From positions 1 through 39,979 of the IMG/VR virus record IMGVR_UViG_3300043384_000015: a stretch of DNA of 39,979 bases; one strand, given 5' to 3'. The notes under the pieces were generated by a model. The model was not told where the DNA came from. It made no database searches and was given only the letters and a program-made list of their open reading frames with translations. Below are positions 15,406 to 24,528 of this stretch, piece by piece (the first letter of the stretch is position 1; each line of letters starts with the position of its first letter). Source of the stretch: a virus. Lineage: Duplodnaviria > Caudoviricetes. The translations under genes were made by a program, and so were the position numbers.

Positions 15406-16392
15406 ATGGGCGCAGCCGCCGAAGCCGTAGCATCCGCATCCGCCGCCGTTCCTGCAGCCGCAGCCGCCGCACCTGGCGTTACGCCGCCGCTCGCTGGTGC
15501 TGCCGCCGGGTCTGCACCGCCGACCTCGAGCGCCGCGCCGGCCATGCCGGTCGACGCCTGGTACAAGGATTGGCCCGAAGACCTGCGGCCGATCGGCGCC
15601 AAATACAAGGACGCGGTCGAGCTCGCCAAGGGGCACGCGAACCTGCAGATGGCGCACGGGCAATTGACCGGCGGCAAGAACATCGTCGCGGTCCCGAAGG
15701 ATGACGCGACGCCAGAAGAGGTGGGCGCGTTCTATGGCAAGCTCGGGCGCCCTGCGACCGCTGCCGAGTACAAGCTGCCGGTGCCGGAGGGTCAGCCCGA
15801 CACGCTGGCGAAGGCGATCGCGCCGGCTTTTCACGCGGCGGGCCTCACGCAGAAGCAAGCGGAGGCCGTGACCGCCGGCTGGAATGAAGTCGTCGCCAAG
15901 GCCGATACTGCGGTGGAAGCGAGCCTCAAGGCCACCAGCGAGACCGAACTCGCCGCGGTGCGCGCGACATGGGGGCAGAAGTTCGACACCAACATCGAGG
16001 CGATTCGCCGACTCGGCAACGAGACCGGGCTCGCGAAGAAGGGCGAGGACGGCCTCACCGCGTTCGACAAGATCGAGCGCGCGATCGGGACCAAGGCATT
16101 CCTCGAAACCTTTGCCAAGCTGGGCGCCCCGATGATGGACGACGTCGCCAAGGGCATGGGCGGCGGGGACTCGGGTAATTACGCGGTGCCGATGACGCCG
16201 GAATCCGCCGCGGCCGAGTTGAAGTCGAAGGGCCAGGACAAGGAATGGATGGCGCGATTGAACCGCGGCGACCCGGCCACGATCGCCGAACGCGACACGC
16301 TCTCGGCTGCCAAGCAAGGCATGTCGCTCGCCGACTGGCGCGCGGCGAAGGCGGATCTCAGCGGCTCGTTCACCCAGCGGCGGCGCGCGTGA
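15406..16392 (+). CDS. Capsid scaffolding protein
   Basis: Ala/Pro-rich N-terminus; FYGKLGRP...AGLTQKQA...WGQKFD; lies between portal and capsid. Confidence 0.85.
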   Translation: MGAAAEAVASASAAVPAAAAAAPGVTPPLAGAAAGSAPPTSSAAPAMPVDAWYKDWPEDLRPIGAKYKDAVELAKGHANLQMAHGQLTGGKNIVAVPKDDATPEEVGAFYGKLGRPATAAEYKLPVPEGQPDTLAKAIAPAFHAAGLTQKQAEAVTAGWNEVVAKADTAVEASLKATSETELAAVRATWGQKFDTNIEAIRRLGNETGLAKKGEDGLTAFDKIERAIGTKAFLETFAKLGAPMMDDVAKGMGGGDSGNYAVPMTPESAAAELKSKGQDKEWMARLNRGDPATIAERDTLSAAKQGMSLADWRAAKADLSGSFTQRRRA

Positions 16393-16598
16393 GCAGTGCC
16401 GAGTTGCCGAATGGGAAGCTAACGGGCATTGACCCGGCGATTGCGCGCCTAGAATGCCTCAAGTTGTGCGGCCCCCTTGCGCGTTCCGAAGGGGTGCACG
16501 CGATGATTGCGACCGCGAACGAACTGTTCGCATACGTCGCCGGTGGAGCAAGCGGACACGGCGCGCTCCCGCCTGACAAGGCGAAGCGCCCCCGCTGA
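16389..16598 (+). CDS. Small hypothetical protein (IARLECLKL...ANELFAYV)
   Basis: GTGA-coupled to the scaffold gene. Confidence 0.6.
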   Translation: MSSAELPNGKLTGIDPAIARLECLKLCGPLARSEGVHAMIATANELFAYVAGGASGHGALPPDKAKRPR

Positions 16599-16703
16599 CC
16601 CGGAGGAAAGTCTCCCGCGCGGCCGGCGCGTCATCCGGCAAGTAGTGGCCCCTTGCGGACACGCCCTGCGAGAACCCTGTCGTGGTTTTCATAGGAGCGT
16701 CAA

Positions 16704-17615
16704 ATGTCCGCACCCGTAGCAACACTCCTGACGCAGCTCTACACCGACTCGGTGGAACTGCTGCTGCAGCAAAGCGGTCCGCGCTTGCGCGACACCGTGA
16801 TGGTGAAATCCGGCTACATCGGCGAAGCCGCCAACCCGGTCGACCAGGTCGGCCAGGTCAAGCCGACGCGCGATCCTCCGCGCAACAGCGACACGCCGGT
16901 GCTCTCCCTGCCGACCGATCGCCGCTGGGTCTATCCGCACGATTACGTCGCCTCCGACTTGATCGACGAGTTCGACCAGTTGCGCACCGTCGACCAACTG
17001 ACGAACCCATGCGTGCAAGCCGGCGCGATGGCCGTCAATCGCGCGCAAGACGACGAGGTGCTGCTCGCGTCGCTCGGCACCGCGCAGACCGGCAAGACGG
17101 GCGCCACGGCGACCACGCTGCCCGCGGGCCAGCAGATCGCGGCGAACTACGGCGCGGCCGGCAACACGGGCCTCACCGTGGCGAAACTGCGCAAGGCGCG
17201 GCAGTTGCTGATGAGCGCGGGCGCGGATTGGCTCAACGATCCGATGTACTGCGCGGTGACGACGCTGGATCACGATTCGATGCTCGCGGAGACGCAGATC
17301 ATCAACTCGGACTACAGCGGCAACACCGACCGACCGATGCTGGTCGACGGCATCGTGCAGCGCTTCCTCGGCATCAATTTCGTCATCGTGGAATTCACGG
17401 ACACCGTGTACTCCGCGAGCGTGACGATGGGCCAGGCGACGCGGCTCGTCCCGCTGTGGGTGAAGTCGGGCCTGCATCTCGGCCTGTGGAACGACACCGA
17501 GACGAAGATCGACCAGCGGCCGGACAAGAATTATTCGTACCAGTGGTACGTCCGCGCGACGATCGGCGCCACGCGCCTGCAAGAAAAGAAGATGGTGCAG
17601 ATCAGCACCGTCTAA
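16704..17615 (+). CDS. Major capsid protein (BPP-1-like)
   Basis: AGGAG RBS; VELLLQQSGPRLR, GLTVAKLRKA, FLGINF, IGATRLQEKK. Confidence 0.92.
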   Translation: MSAPVATLLTQLYTDSVELLLQQSGPRLRDTVMVKSGYIGEAANPVDQVGQVKPTRDPPRNSDTPVLSLPTDRRWVYPHDYVASDLIDEFDQLRTVDQLTNPCVQAGAMAVNRAQDDEVLLASLGTAQTGKTGATATTLPAGQQIAANYGAAGNTGLTVAKLRKARQLLMSAGADWLNDPMYCAVTTLDHDSMLAETQIINSDYSGNTDRPMLVDGIVQRFLGINFVIVEFTDTVYSASVTMGQATRLVPLWVKSGLHLGLWNDTETKIDQRPDKNYSYQWYVRATIGATRLQEKKMVQISTV

Positions 17616-17685
17616 ACGCAGCACGGGCCGTGGCGGACGCCCGGCCCGAACTCTCTCCGCAGGATGCGGCGAAAGGAACTGAATC

Positions 17686-18156
17686 ATGGCAGCGTTCTAC
17701 ACCCTCGAACTCGGCGGCGTCTCCGGCACCTCCGGCGTCACCGGCACCGTCGACGGGCTCCCCGTCGTCAAGCCGTCCGCAACCGTCGGACATGGCGGCC
17801 GCATTCGTTGCTACCGCGGCAGCTACACGTTGACCGGCACCGCTGTCACCACGGCGGACACGCTCAACATCTGCATCATGCCGTCGGGCTCGATCTTCCA
17901 ATTCGGGATGATCACCTGCGGCGTCACCCTCGGCACCTCGACGGTGGCAATCGGCATCGCCGGCACCACCGGCAAATACCGCGCGGCCGCGGTGTCTACC
18001 GTAGTCGACACGCCGACGCTGTACGGCGTCGCCTCGATCATGGCGAACCAGACGCCGATCGCGGCCGACGAACGCATCATCGGCACGATCGCAGTCGCGA
18101 ACCTGCCGACCACGGGCCAGTCGCTCGTGATCCAGCAATTCGCGAGCAACGCCTAA
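17686..18156 (+). CDS. Capsid decoration/cement-like protein
   Basis: 156-aa beta-rich ORF directly after the capsid gene; AAGGA RBS. Confidence 0.7.
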   Translation: MAAFYTLELGGVSGTSGVTGTVDGLPVVKPSATVGHGGRIRCYRGSYTLTGTAVTTADTLNICIMPSGSIFQFGMITCGVTLGTSTVAIGIAGTTGKYRAAAVSTVVDTPTLYGVASIMANQTPIAADERIIGTIAVANLPTTGQSLVIQQFASNA

Positions 18157-18180
18157 AGCGCAAGTCTCCCCGTTGTGCTT

Positions 18181-18213
18181 CGGGCGGGGGAGGCAACTCT
18201 CCCGCCCGTTTTC
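18181..18213 (+). terminator. Intrinsic terminator after the capsid genes
   Basis: CGGGCGGGGGAG-GCAA-CTCTCCCGCCCG-TTTTC. Confidence 0.7.
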
Positions 18214-18229
18214 TAAGGAGTAATCCAGC

Positions 18230-18451
18230 ATGGCAACCCGCCGTTTCAGCATTGGCCCGAACGAGCGCGTCGAGGACGTCGTCGAAGCTGTCGGTGCCGC
18301 GACCGCGACGAAATCAATAGAATTGACCGTCGATCTGGGCAACATCAAGGCAACCGGCAACCCGTCGCAGGCGAACTACCGCGACGAAGTGCTGCACGCA
18401 TTGATGGTGTTCGAGGACTACATCCAGAAAGTCAACTGGCCGCCGGCGTAA
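18230..18451 (+). CDS. Hypothetical protein
   Basis: TAAGGAG RBS; 73 aa. Confidence 0.8.
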   Translation: MATRRFSIGPNERVEDVVEAVGAATATKSIELTVDLGNIKATGNPSQANYRDEVLHALMVFEDYIQKVNWPPA

Positions 18452-18457
18452 GGCGTC

Positions 18458-19060
18458 ATGCTCGTCGCTGACGTCGATATCGCGAACACCGCGCTCGCGC
18501 TGCTCGGCATTCCCGGCATCTCGTCGCTCGCCGACGATAAGCCCTCCGCACGCGCGATGCAGCGCAGCTACCCCGTGCAGCTCGTGGCGGAACTGCGCGC
18601 TCATCGCTGGTCGTTCGCCATGAAGCGGACGCCGCTCGCGGCCAACGCGACACCGCCGGCATTCGAGTACGCGGCGCAGTACCCGATCCCGTCCGACTGT
18701 GTGCGTCTCGACTACATCGGCGACTGGTACGCGGGGGGCATCAGCGTCGACTACGCCAATGCGAACAATGCCGACTATCGCATCGAGGGCCGCGCGATCC
18801 TGTCGAACGTCACCGGCACGCTCAATATCCGCTACATCGCATCGATCACGGACTCCGGCCTCTTCGACCCGCTATTCGTCATCGCCCTCGCGGCCCGGAT
18901 GGCCAAGGCGAACTGCCTGCTGCTCACCGAGAGCAACACGAAGAAGCAGGACATCAACAACGAATACCGCGATGCCATCACGTTGGCGGTGCAGACCAAC
19001 GCAATCGAGAAGGCGCCGCAGCAATTGCCCGACGGCTCCTGGATCATCGGGCGGCTCTGA
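18458..19060 (+). CDS. Tail tubular protein A / adaptor (T7 gp11-like)
   Basis: VDIANTALALLG...HRWSFAMKR...YPIPSDCVRL...FDPLFVIALAARMA. Confidence 0.9.
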   Translation: MLVADVDIANTALALLGIPGISSLADDKPSARAMQRSYPVQLVAELRAHRWSFAMKRTPLAANATPPAFEYAAQYPIPSDCVRLDYIGDWYAGGISVDYANANNADYRIEGRAILSNVTGTLNIRYIASITDSGLFDPLFVIALAARMAKANCLLLTESNTKKQDINNEYRDAITLAVQTNAIEKAPQQLPDGSWIIGRL

Positions 19061-21411
19061 TGCCCAAAGCATCGCCGCTGCTCTCGTCGTTCTCCGCCGG
19101 CGAACTCTCGCCGCTGCTGGAAGGCCGCGCCGATTTCGAGAAATACAAGTCGGGCTGCGCGATCCTAGAGAACTACATCGTCACCGTGCAGGGGCCGACG
19201 CGGATGCGGCTGGGCACGCAGTATGCCGGCACCGCGAACCTGACCGGCGACCCGGTCTACCTCATCCCGTTCGAGGCCAACACCGACGCCGCGTTCGTGC
19301 TCGAACTCGGCAGCGGGTACATGCGCTTCTGGTATCAGCGCAAGCGGATCGTGGTCGCTCCGATCACCGGCGCCTGGTATCCCGACAACGGCAGCGGCGA
19401 TCCGGTGGCGCAACTCGCGACGCCGTGGACGCTCGCCGACCTCACCGGCGAGGACGGCATCCTCAACGTGCAGTTCGCGCAATCGAACGACGTCATGTGG
19501 ATCGTGCACCCGTCGCGCTTCCCCTGGAAGCTCTCGCGCATCGCGACCTACCAATTCAGCGGCGCCAACATGGGCGACGGCGTCAATGCATCCTCGCCGT
19601 TCAAGGATCAGAACATCAACAAGGCGCTGACCGTCTACGCGGGCAACATCAGCGGCGTCGTCCCGCTGACCGCCTCGGGCGTGGTGTTCACCGCCGACAT
19701 GGTGAACACCTTCTTCTACCTCGAGCAGCCGGCCGCGGACGCCATCAAGCCGTGGCAGGTCGCGGTCTCCTATGTCGCTGGCGATACGGTGCGCTCCGAC
19801 GGCAACAACTACGTCGCCCTCAATACCGCGACCTCGGGAAATGTGAAGCCAACGCACACCGCGGGTGCCAAGTTCGACGGCAAGACCGGCGTGCAGTGGA
19901 GTTGGACCGATCAGGGCTTCGGCATCCTGCTGCTGACCGCGGTCGACCCCAGCGGACTAAGCGCCACCGGCACGGTCATCGTGAACCTGCCGCTCACGGT
20001 CAAGGGAAGCGCCACCCCTTCGTTCCGCTGGGCGAAACAGGGGTGGAACACGACCGACGGCTTCCCGGTCGCGGTGCAGTTCTTCCGCGGGCGTCTGTGC
20101 TTTGGCCGCGGGCAGACTTTCTGGATGAGCGTGGTCGGGGATTTCGAGAACTTCGCCGAGACCGACGGCGGGGTGGTGACCGACGACATGGCGATCATCG
20201 GCACCGTGGGTGCGGAGCGCAACGACCGCATCCGCTGGTTTTCGTGCCTCGGCCCGCTGATCGTTGGAACCGCCTCGGGCGAGTCGACGATTCAGGAACT
20301 CTCCCCCGCCGGCCCGCTGTCGCCGTCGAATATCCAGGTCACGCCGCAGTCGGGCTACGGCTCGCGCAAGATCCAACCGCATCGCATTCAGGAGGCCGTG
20401 ATGTACGTGCAGCGCGGCGGCCGGCGCTTGCGCGAGTGCGTGTTCGACTGGTCGACGCAGGGCTACAAGTCGGCCGACATGGCGGCGCTATCGCAGGAGA
20501 CGGTGGTCGGCTCGCGCTCCGTGACCGGGCAGTCCGGCATCATCGCGATGGCCTACCAGAAGGAGCCGGATCAGATTCTCTGGTGCGTGCGCGGCGACGG
20601 GCAGTTGCTCGGCTTCACCTACGCCAAGGATCACAACGTCTTCGCCTGGCATCGGCACAAGATCGGCGGCATCTACGCCGGCACGACCGGGGTGACGCTC
20701 GACTACGGGCTGGTGCGCTCGGTGGCCTGCATCCCGGCGCAGGACAACAGCACCGAGGACGTTTATCTCTCGGTCACGCGGACGTTCAACGGCCAGCCGC
20801 AGACCTTCATCGAGGTCATGGGCTCGCACACGAGCTGGGCGTCGAACAGCGTTTTCTACTATCACGACCTCCCCGATGTGACGGAGTCGTTCTATCTCGA
20901 CGCCTACGTGCGCGGGGTGGTCGAGTCGTCCGGCTTCATCAGTTGCCCGCAATTGAACGGCACGAGCGTCGCCGCGGTCGTCGGCGGCATGTATTGCCAG
21001 CCGCAGCCGGTGACCGTGCAGGGCACGTATCAGCCGCCCCTCGGCTATATCGGAATGAACGCGGTCGTCGGCTGCCCGTACGTCGCCACCATGCAGACGA
21101 TGCGCATCGATGCCGGTGCGGGCGACGGCACGTCGCAGGGAAAGCTCTCGAAGATTCAGGGCGCGACGGTGCGGATGAAGGACTCGCTCAATTTCCTCTA
21201 CGGGCCGGACGTGAACACCTTGACCCGCGAAGAGTTCCGCAAGCAGAACACGAAATTCGACACTCCGACGGCGCTTTTCACTGGCGACCGCGTACTCACC
21301 TGGCAGGGTGACTGGGAAGAAGGCTCGCGCATCACCATCCGACAGGATCAGCCGTTCCCGTCGAACATCGTGGCGCTGATGCCGCGGATGCACGTCGAGG
21401 ACGAGCGATGA
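19060..21411 (+). CDS. Tail tubular protein B / nozzle (T7 gp12-like)
   Basis: SFSAGELSPLL, AQSNDVMWIVHP, GFPVAVQFFRGRL, AWHRH, IRQDQPFP. Confidence 0.9.
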   Translation: MPKASPLLSSFSAGELSPLLEGRADFEKYKSGCAILENYIVTVQGPTRMRLGTQYAGTANLTGDPVYLIPFEANTDAAFVLELGSGYMRFWYQRKRIVVAPITGAWYPDNGSGDPVAQLATPWTLADLTGEDGILNVQFAQSNDVMWIVHPSRFPWKLSRIATYQFSGANMGDGVNASSPFKDQNINKALTVYAGNISGVVPLTASGVVFTADMVNTFFYLEQPAADAIKPWQVAVSYVAGDTVRSDGNNYVALNTATSGNVKPTHTAGAKFDGKTGVQWSWTDQGFGILLLTAVDPSGLSATGTVIVNLPLTVKGSATPSFRWAKQGWNTTDGFPVAVQFFRGRLCFGRGQTFWMSVVGDFENFAETDGGVVTDDMAIIGTVGAERNDRIRWFSCLGPLIVGTASGESTIQELSPAGPLSPSNIQVTPQSGYGSRKIQPHRIQEAVMYVQRGGRRLRECVFDWSTQGYKSADMAALSQETVVGSRSVTGQSGIIAMAYQKEPDQILWCVRGDGQLLGFTYAKDHNVFAWHRHKIGGIYAGTTGVTLDYGLVRSVACIPAQDNSTEDVYLSVTRTFNGQPQTFIEVMGSHTSWASNSVFYYHDLPDVTESFYLDAYVRGVVESSGFISCPQLNGTSVAAVVGGMYCQPQPVTVQGTYQPPLGYIGMNAVVGCPYVATMQTMRIDAGAGDGTSQGKLSKIQGATVRMKDSLNFLYGPDVNTLTREEFRKQNTKFDTPTALFTGDRVLTWQGDWEEGSRITIRQDQPFPSNIVALMPRMHVEDER

Positions 21412-21710
21412 TGCACGAAGAGCGCCGCCGCGGGTTGTGGGTTCATTGGGTTGGCGACGCCGTCTCGCTCGTCATCGTGCTCGGGACATTCCTCGTTGCG
21501 TGGGGCGCGCAACAGGAGAGCAACCGAGCCCGAGACGAACGCCTGACAAAGATCGAAGCGCGACAGGAGCAAGCGACGGCACAAGCGTCGGCTGATCGTC
21601 GAGAGCTGAAACAGGACATCCAGCAGCAATTGCAAAACATCGTCCAGTCGATTGGCGCGATGGACACGAAGCTCACCGCTGTTCTGATCGACCGCCCGAG
21701 GACGAAATGA
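21408..21710 (+). CDS. Single-TM coiled-coil protein (holin/antiholin candidate)
   Basis: N-terminal TM then coiled coil; directly upstream of the candidate lysin. Confidence 0.65.
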   Translation: MMHEERRRGLWVHWVGDAVSLVIVLGTFLVAWGAQQESNRARDERLTKIEARQEQATAQASADRRELKQDIQQQLQNIVQSIGAMDTKLTAVLIDRPRTK

Positions 21711-22159
21711 CCGATTACCGCGGCCGCGCGGATCTCCCGCTTGGCATCCGCAGCAACAACCCCGGCAACCTACGCCACTCGTCGCAGTTCACTTGGATCG
21801 GCGAGGTGGGCGTCAACGAGAAGGGCTTCTGCATCTTCGACACCATGGAAAACGGCATCCGCGCGCTCGCCAAGAACCTGCTCTCCTATTTCCACAAGCA
21901 CGGACTCGACACCGTCGCCGGCATCATCGAGCGCTGGGCGCCGCCCGGCGAGAACGACACCGGTGCCTATATCACGAGCGTCGCCGGCAGCCTCGGCGTC
22001 GCCCCCGACCGCGTGCTCGATCTCGAAGACGTGAGCACGCTGGCCTCGCTGGTAGCCGCGATTTCGCGCCACGAGAACGGCGCGCAGCCGGTTAGCGCGA
22101 ACGTGACGGCGGCGATCTTCGTCGCGGGCACGCAGGACGCGCTCGCCACAACCGCATGA
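21707..22159 (+). CDS. PM2 P5-like lysozyme-fold protein, candidate endolysin
   Basis: GIRSNNPGNLR, FDTMENGIRAL, IIERWAPPGENDTGAYI, ISRHENG. Confidence 0.75.
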   Translation: MTDYRGRADLPLGIRSNNPGNLRHSSQFTWIGEVGVNEKGFCIFDTMENGIRALAKNLLSYFHKHGLDTVAGIIERWAPPGENDTGAYITSVAGSLGVAPDRVLDLEDVSTLASLVAAISRHENGAQPVSANVTAAIFVAGTQDALATTA

Positions 22160-22233
22160 AAGGGCTCGGCTACTGGCTCAAGTGGATGGTTTTCCGCCAT
22201 CCGATCGCTGCAGTGAAACTGAAGGAGAACACG

Positions 22234-22545
22234 ATGTCAGACGGCACGGTAGTACAAGGCGGCAGCTTTGCATTCCACGTCGAGGCGCGCAGGGCTGGCG
22301 TGCTCGTTCCAATCACCGACGCAACGGTCGCGCTCTCGGACCCGGCGCTCGGCACAGTAACGGTCAATGCCGACGGCACGGGCGGGGTATTCGTGGCGGC
22401 TGCGGATGCAGCGGCATCGGAAACGATGACGCCCTCGGCTGGCGGCACGACGGGGACGCCATTCGTCCTCGACATCACGGGTGCCCCGCTGGTTGTGACG
22501 ATCGTGCCCGACGCGAGCGTAACGATCGTTCCCGGCCCGGTGTGA
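22234..22545 (+). CDS. Ig-like beta-rich protein
   Basis: AAGGAG RBS before ATG 22234 (alternative start 22156); Val/Thr/Gly-rich. Confidence 0.65.
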   Translation: MSDGTVVQGGSFAFHVEARRAGVLVPITDATVALSDPALGTVTVNADGTGGVFVAAADAAASETMTPSAGGTTGTPFVLDITGAPLVVTIVPDASVTIVPGPV

Positions 22546-22748
22546 GCAAACGGCAGCACCGGCGGTTGCTGTCGTCGCTGCGCGGCATTGAAGCAGATGC
22601 TGCGCACGCGACGGCGGCAGACGATCGTGCGCTCGCGCGCGAGAAGCCGGTGTTCGCGAGGATGCTCGACGCGACGATCCCCTACATGAGTTCGATGTGT
22701 CGGCCGGATAGCGGCTGGCCCAAAGGCAAGAAGCGGGGCACCCAATGA
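22542..22748 (+). CDS. Hypothetical protein
   Basis: GTGA/ATGA-coupled ORF. Confidence 0.5.
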   Translation: MSKRQHRRLLSSLRGIEADAAHATAADDRALAREKPVFARMLDATIPYMSSMCRPDSGWPKGKKRGTQ

Positions 22749-23233
22749 TCTACGCCTACACCGACGTGGTGAACGGTGTTCTCGTCACGCATACCGTCAG
22801 CATCGCAGACGCCGACGTGGTGGCGCTCACGAACAACGATCTTGACGCTTACGCCAAGACGGACCCGGCAAAGCGTCAAGCCGCATTGGCCGCCTATATC
22901 GGATCGGCGTTCCCGATGTGGCTCGCGCACTCGGCGGATCAGCAAACCCTCGCGCAACTGGACGCCTCGCGCGGAGCCTTCCTCGCGACCCCGCGCTACC
23001 TCGGCCCGGGCGCAACGCCGATCGCCGATGAGAACGGCGGCATCATCGCGATCCGCGGCGATGGCGCTGTGTTCCGCAACGGTATCCGGCTCGGCGGGGC
23101 GATGACGCAGAAGGCGCTTCTCTACGGCGACGGTCTTTACATGAAGGGTAAGACGGTGCCGACGTGGTGGTCGTGGACCGGCAGTGCGTGGGTGGAGCTC
23201 AAGGGCGAACTCGATCCGGCCATCTTCACATGA
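22745..23233 (+). CDS. Hypothetical protein with Trp-rich C-terminal beta domain
   Basis: GAVFRNG...LLYGDGLYMKG...WWSWTGSAW. Confidence 0.75.
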   Translation: MIYAYTDVVNGVLVTHTVSIADADVVALTNNDLDAYAKTDPAKRQAALAAYIGSAFPMWLAHSADQQTLAQLDASRGAFLATPRYLGPGATPIADENGGIIAIRGDGAVFRNGIRLGGAMTQKALLYGDGLYMKGKTVPTWWSWTGSAWVELKGELDPAIFT

Positions 23234-23607
23234 AACCCGTCGCGCCCAAGTTCGTGCGCTGCGCTGCACTCGTCGATGGCATGGGCTGCTTCTATGCCGT
23301 CGTGGGCGCTGCGGTGCTCGGGCTGACGCGGATCCACGATGAGGGCAAGTTCGGCAAGAAGTCGATGCTCTACGCCTCGTTCTATCTCACCTGGGTGGCG
23401 TGCAGGTGGGGTTTCGAGTACACGGTCGCGGAGGCTGGCAAGCCCGGCCTCGAAACGGCGGCAGTGATCGGCGCAATCCTCGGCCCGACGCTCGGGCTGA
23501 CAGGGTTCGTCTTTAAGTTCTACCTCGGTGATTCGGCGGATGCGCGGCGCGTCGATGCTGCGACGCCGACCACTGAGACAACGCTCGTCGCGAAAACGAC
23601 GGGCTAA
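23230..23607 (+). CDS. Multi-TM membrane protein (holin candidate)
   Basis: ATGA-coupled; 2-3 hydrophobic segments and a hydrophilic tail. Confidence 0.65.
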   Translation: MKPVAPKFVRCAALVDGMGCFYAVVGAAVLGLTRIHDEGKFGKKSMLYASFYLTWVACRWGFEYTVAEAGKPGLETAAVIGAILGPTLGLTGFVFKFYLGDSADARRVDAATPTTETTLVAKTTG

Positions 23608-23619
23608 CAAGGAGGTTCT

Positions 23620-23769
23620 ATGTCGATCAATATCTTCCTGCAAGTGCTCGCGCTCGTGTTTCTGGTACTGGCCGCGCTCAAGACACCGGAACCCGCGAAG
23701 CTGTCGTTCGGCTGGGCCGGCATGGCGCTGTGGATGCTGACCATCATCTTCGGCGGCCTTCGGTTCTGA
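23620..23769 (+). CDS. 49-aa 2-TM membrane protein (not in ORF track)
   Basis: AAGGAGG RBS; MSINIFLQVLALVFLVLAALKTPEPAKLSFGWAGMALWMLTIIFGGLRF. Confidence 0.75.
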   Translation: MSINIFLQVLALVFLVLAALKTPEPAKLSFGWAGMALWMLTIIFGGLRF

Positions 23770-23770
23770 C

Positions 23771-24334
23771 GTGATCGGCATCGGCATCCGCCTCCTGATT
23801 GTCGCGGCATTTCTCGCGGCGTTTGCCTTTGCCGTGCACAAGTACAACGAGCATTTTCGCGACGAGGGCCGCGCGGAAGTGCAGGCGGTGTTCGATGCCT
23901 ACAAGGTCGCGCAGGACAAGCAACGGGCCGACATCATCCTCGATTACGTTGGAAAACTGGCAAAGGCTCACGATGACAAAGTACGGAACGATACCGCCGC
24001 CCTTGCACGAATGGCGATTCTGGACGTTGCGGTTGGGAACGTGGTCAACACTGCTGCTGGCATTCGGATTCCTGCTGACGTTCGGCGGGTGCTCGACGCC
24101 AGTGCCGCCGCCGCCAACGGGCGGCTTGCCCCCGCTGACGGAGGAGGACAAGCGCGCCCCGAAGCCGTTCCCGCAGCCCCCGAAGCCGCGGCCAGCACCT
24201 ACGACGAGCGCGAGTTCGCCAAGTACCTGAAGGACGGCCCCGACGCATATCAAGATGCGTTTGGATTGTGGGACACCTGTCGCAAGCGCGAGGATGCGTG
24301 CCGCGACGCACGAGCGAAAGGAAATGCGCCATGA
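23771..24334 (+). CDS. Rz-like inner-membrane spanin
   Basis: N-terminal TM, helical periplasmic domain, Ala/Pro linker, C-terminal Cys residues. Confidence 0.7.
   Translation: MIGIGIRLLIVAAFLAAFAFAVHKYNEHFRDEGRAEVQAVFDAYKVAQDKQRADIILDYVGKLAKAHDDKVRNDTAALARMAILDVAVGNVVNTAAGIRIPADVRRVLDASAAAANGRLAPADGGGQARPEAVPAAPEAAASTYDEREFAKYLKDGPDAYQDAFGLWDTCRKREDACRDARAKGNAP
24027..24230 (+). CDS. Embedded Rz1-like outer-membrane lipoprotein (o-spanin candidate)
   Basis: +1 frame inside Rz; (M)RLGTWSTLLLAFGFLLTFGG-C followed by Pro-rich STPVPPPPTGGLPP; start TTG 24027 or ATG 23973. Confidence 0.5.
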   Translation: MRLGTWSTLLLAFGFLLTFGGCSTPVPPPPTGGLPPLTEEDKRAPKPFPQPPKPRPAPTTSASSPST

Positions 24335-24528
24335 GCATCATCGTGTGGATTCTCGGGGGCGTTGCCCTCTTGCTGATCGGCTTCATCGTGCTGCAGCGGC
24401 GTCGCCCCGATGCGGCCGACCAGGTCGCCGCGGCGCTCGATGCTGCGGCCAAGAAAGCCGAGCAGGAAGCCGCGACGGGCTTTAGCAAAACCGAGCAGGC
24501 GGTCAAGGACCGCTTCGCCAAAAAGTGA
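24331..24528 (+). CDS. Small single-TM protein
   Basis: MSIIVWILGGVALLLIGFIVL; coupled on both sides. Confidence 0.7.
   Translation: MSIIVWILGGVALLLIGFIVLQRRRPDAADQVAAALDAAAKKAEQEAATGFSKTEQAVKDRFAKK

Noticed and set aside
16682-17833. Programmed -1 frameshift extension of the capsid protein
   Set aside because: No X XXY YYZ slippery site found near the capsid stop; the overlapping frame is Arg-rich GC shadow and is not the decoration-gene frame
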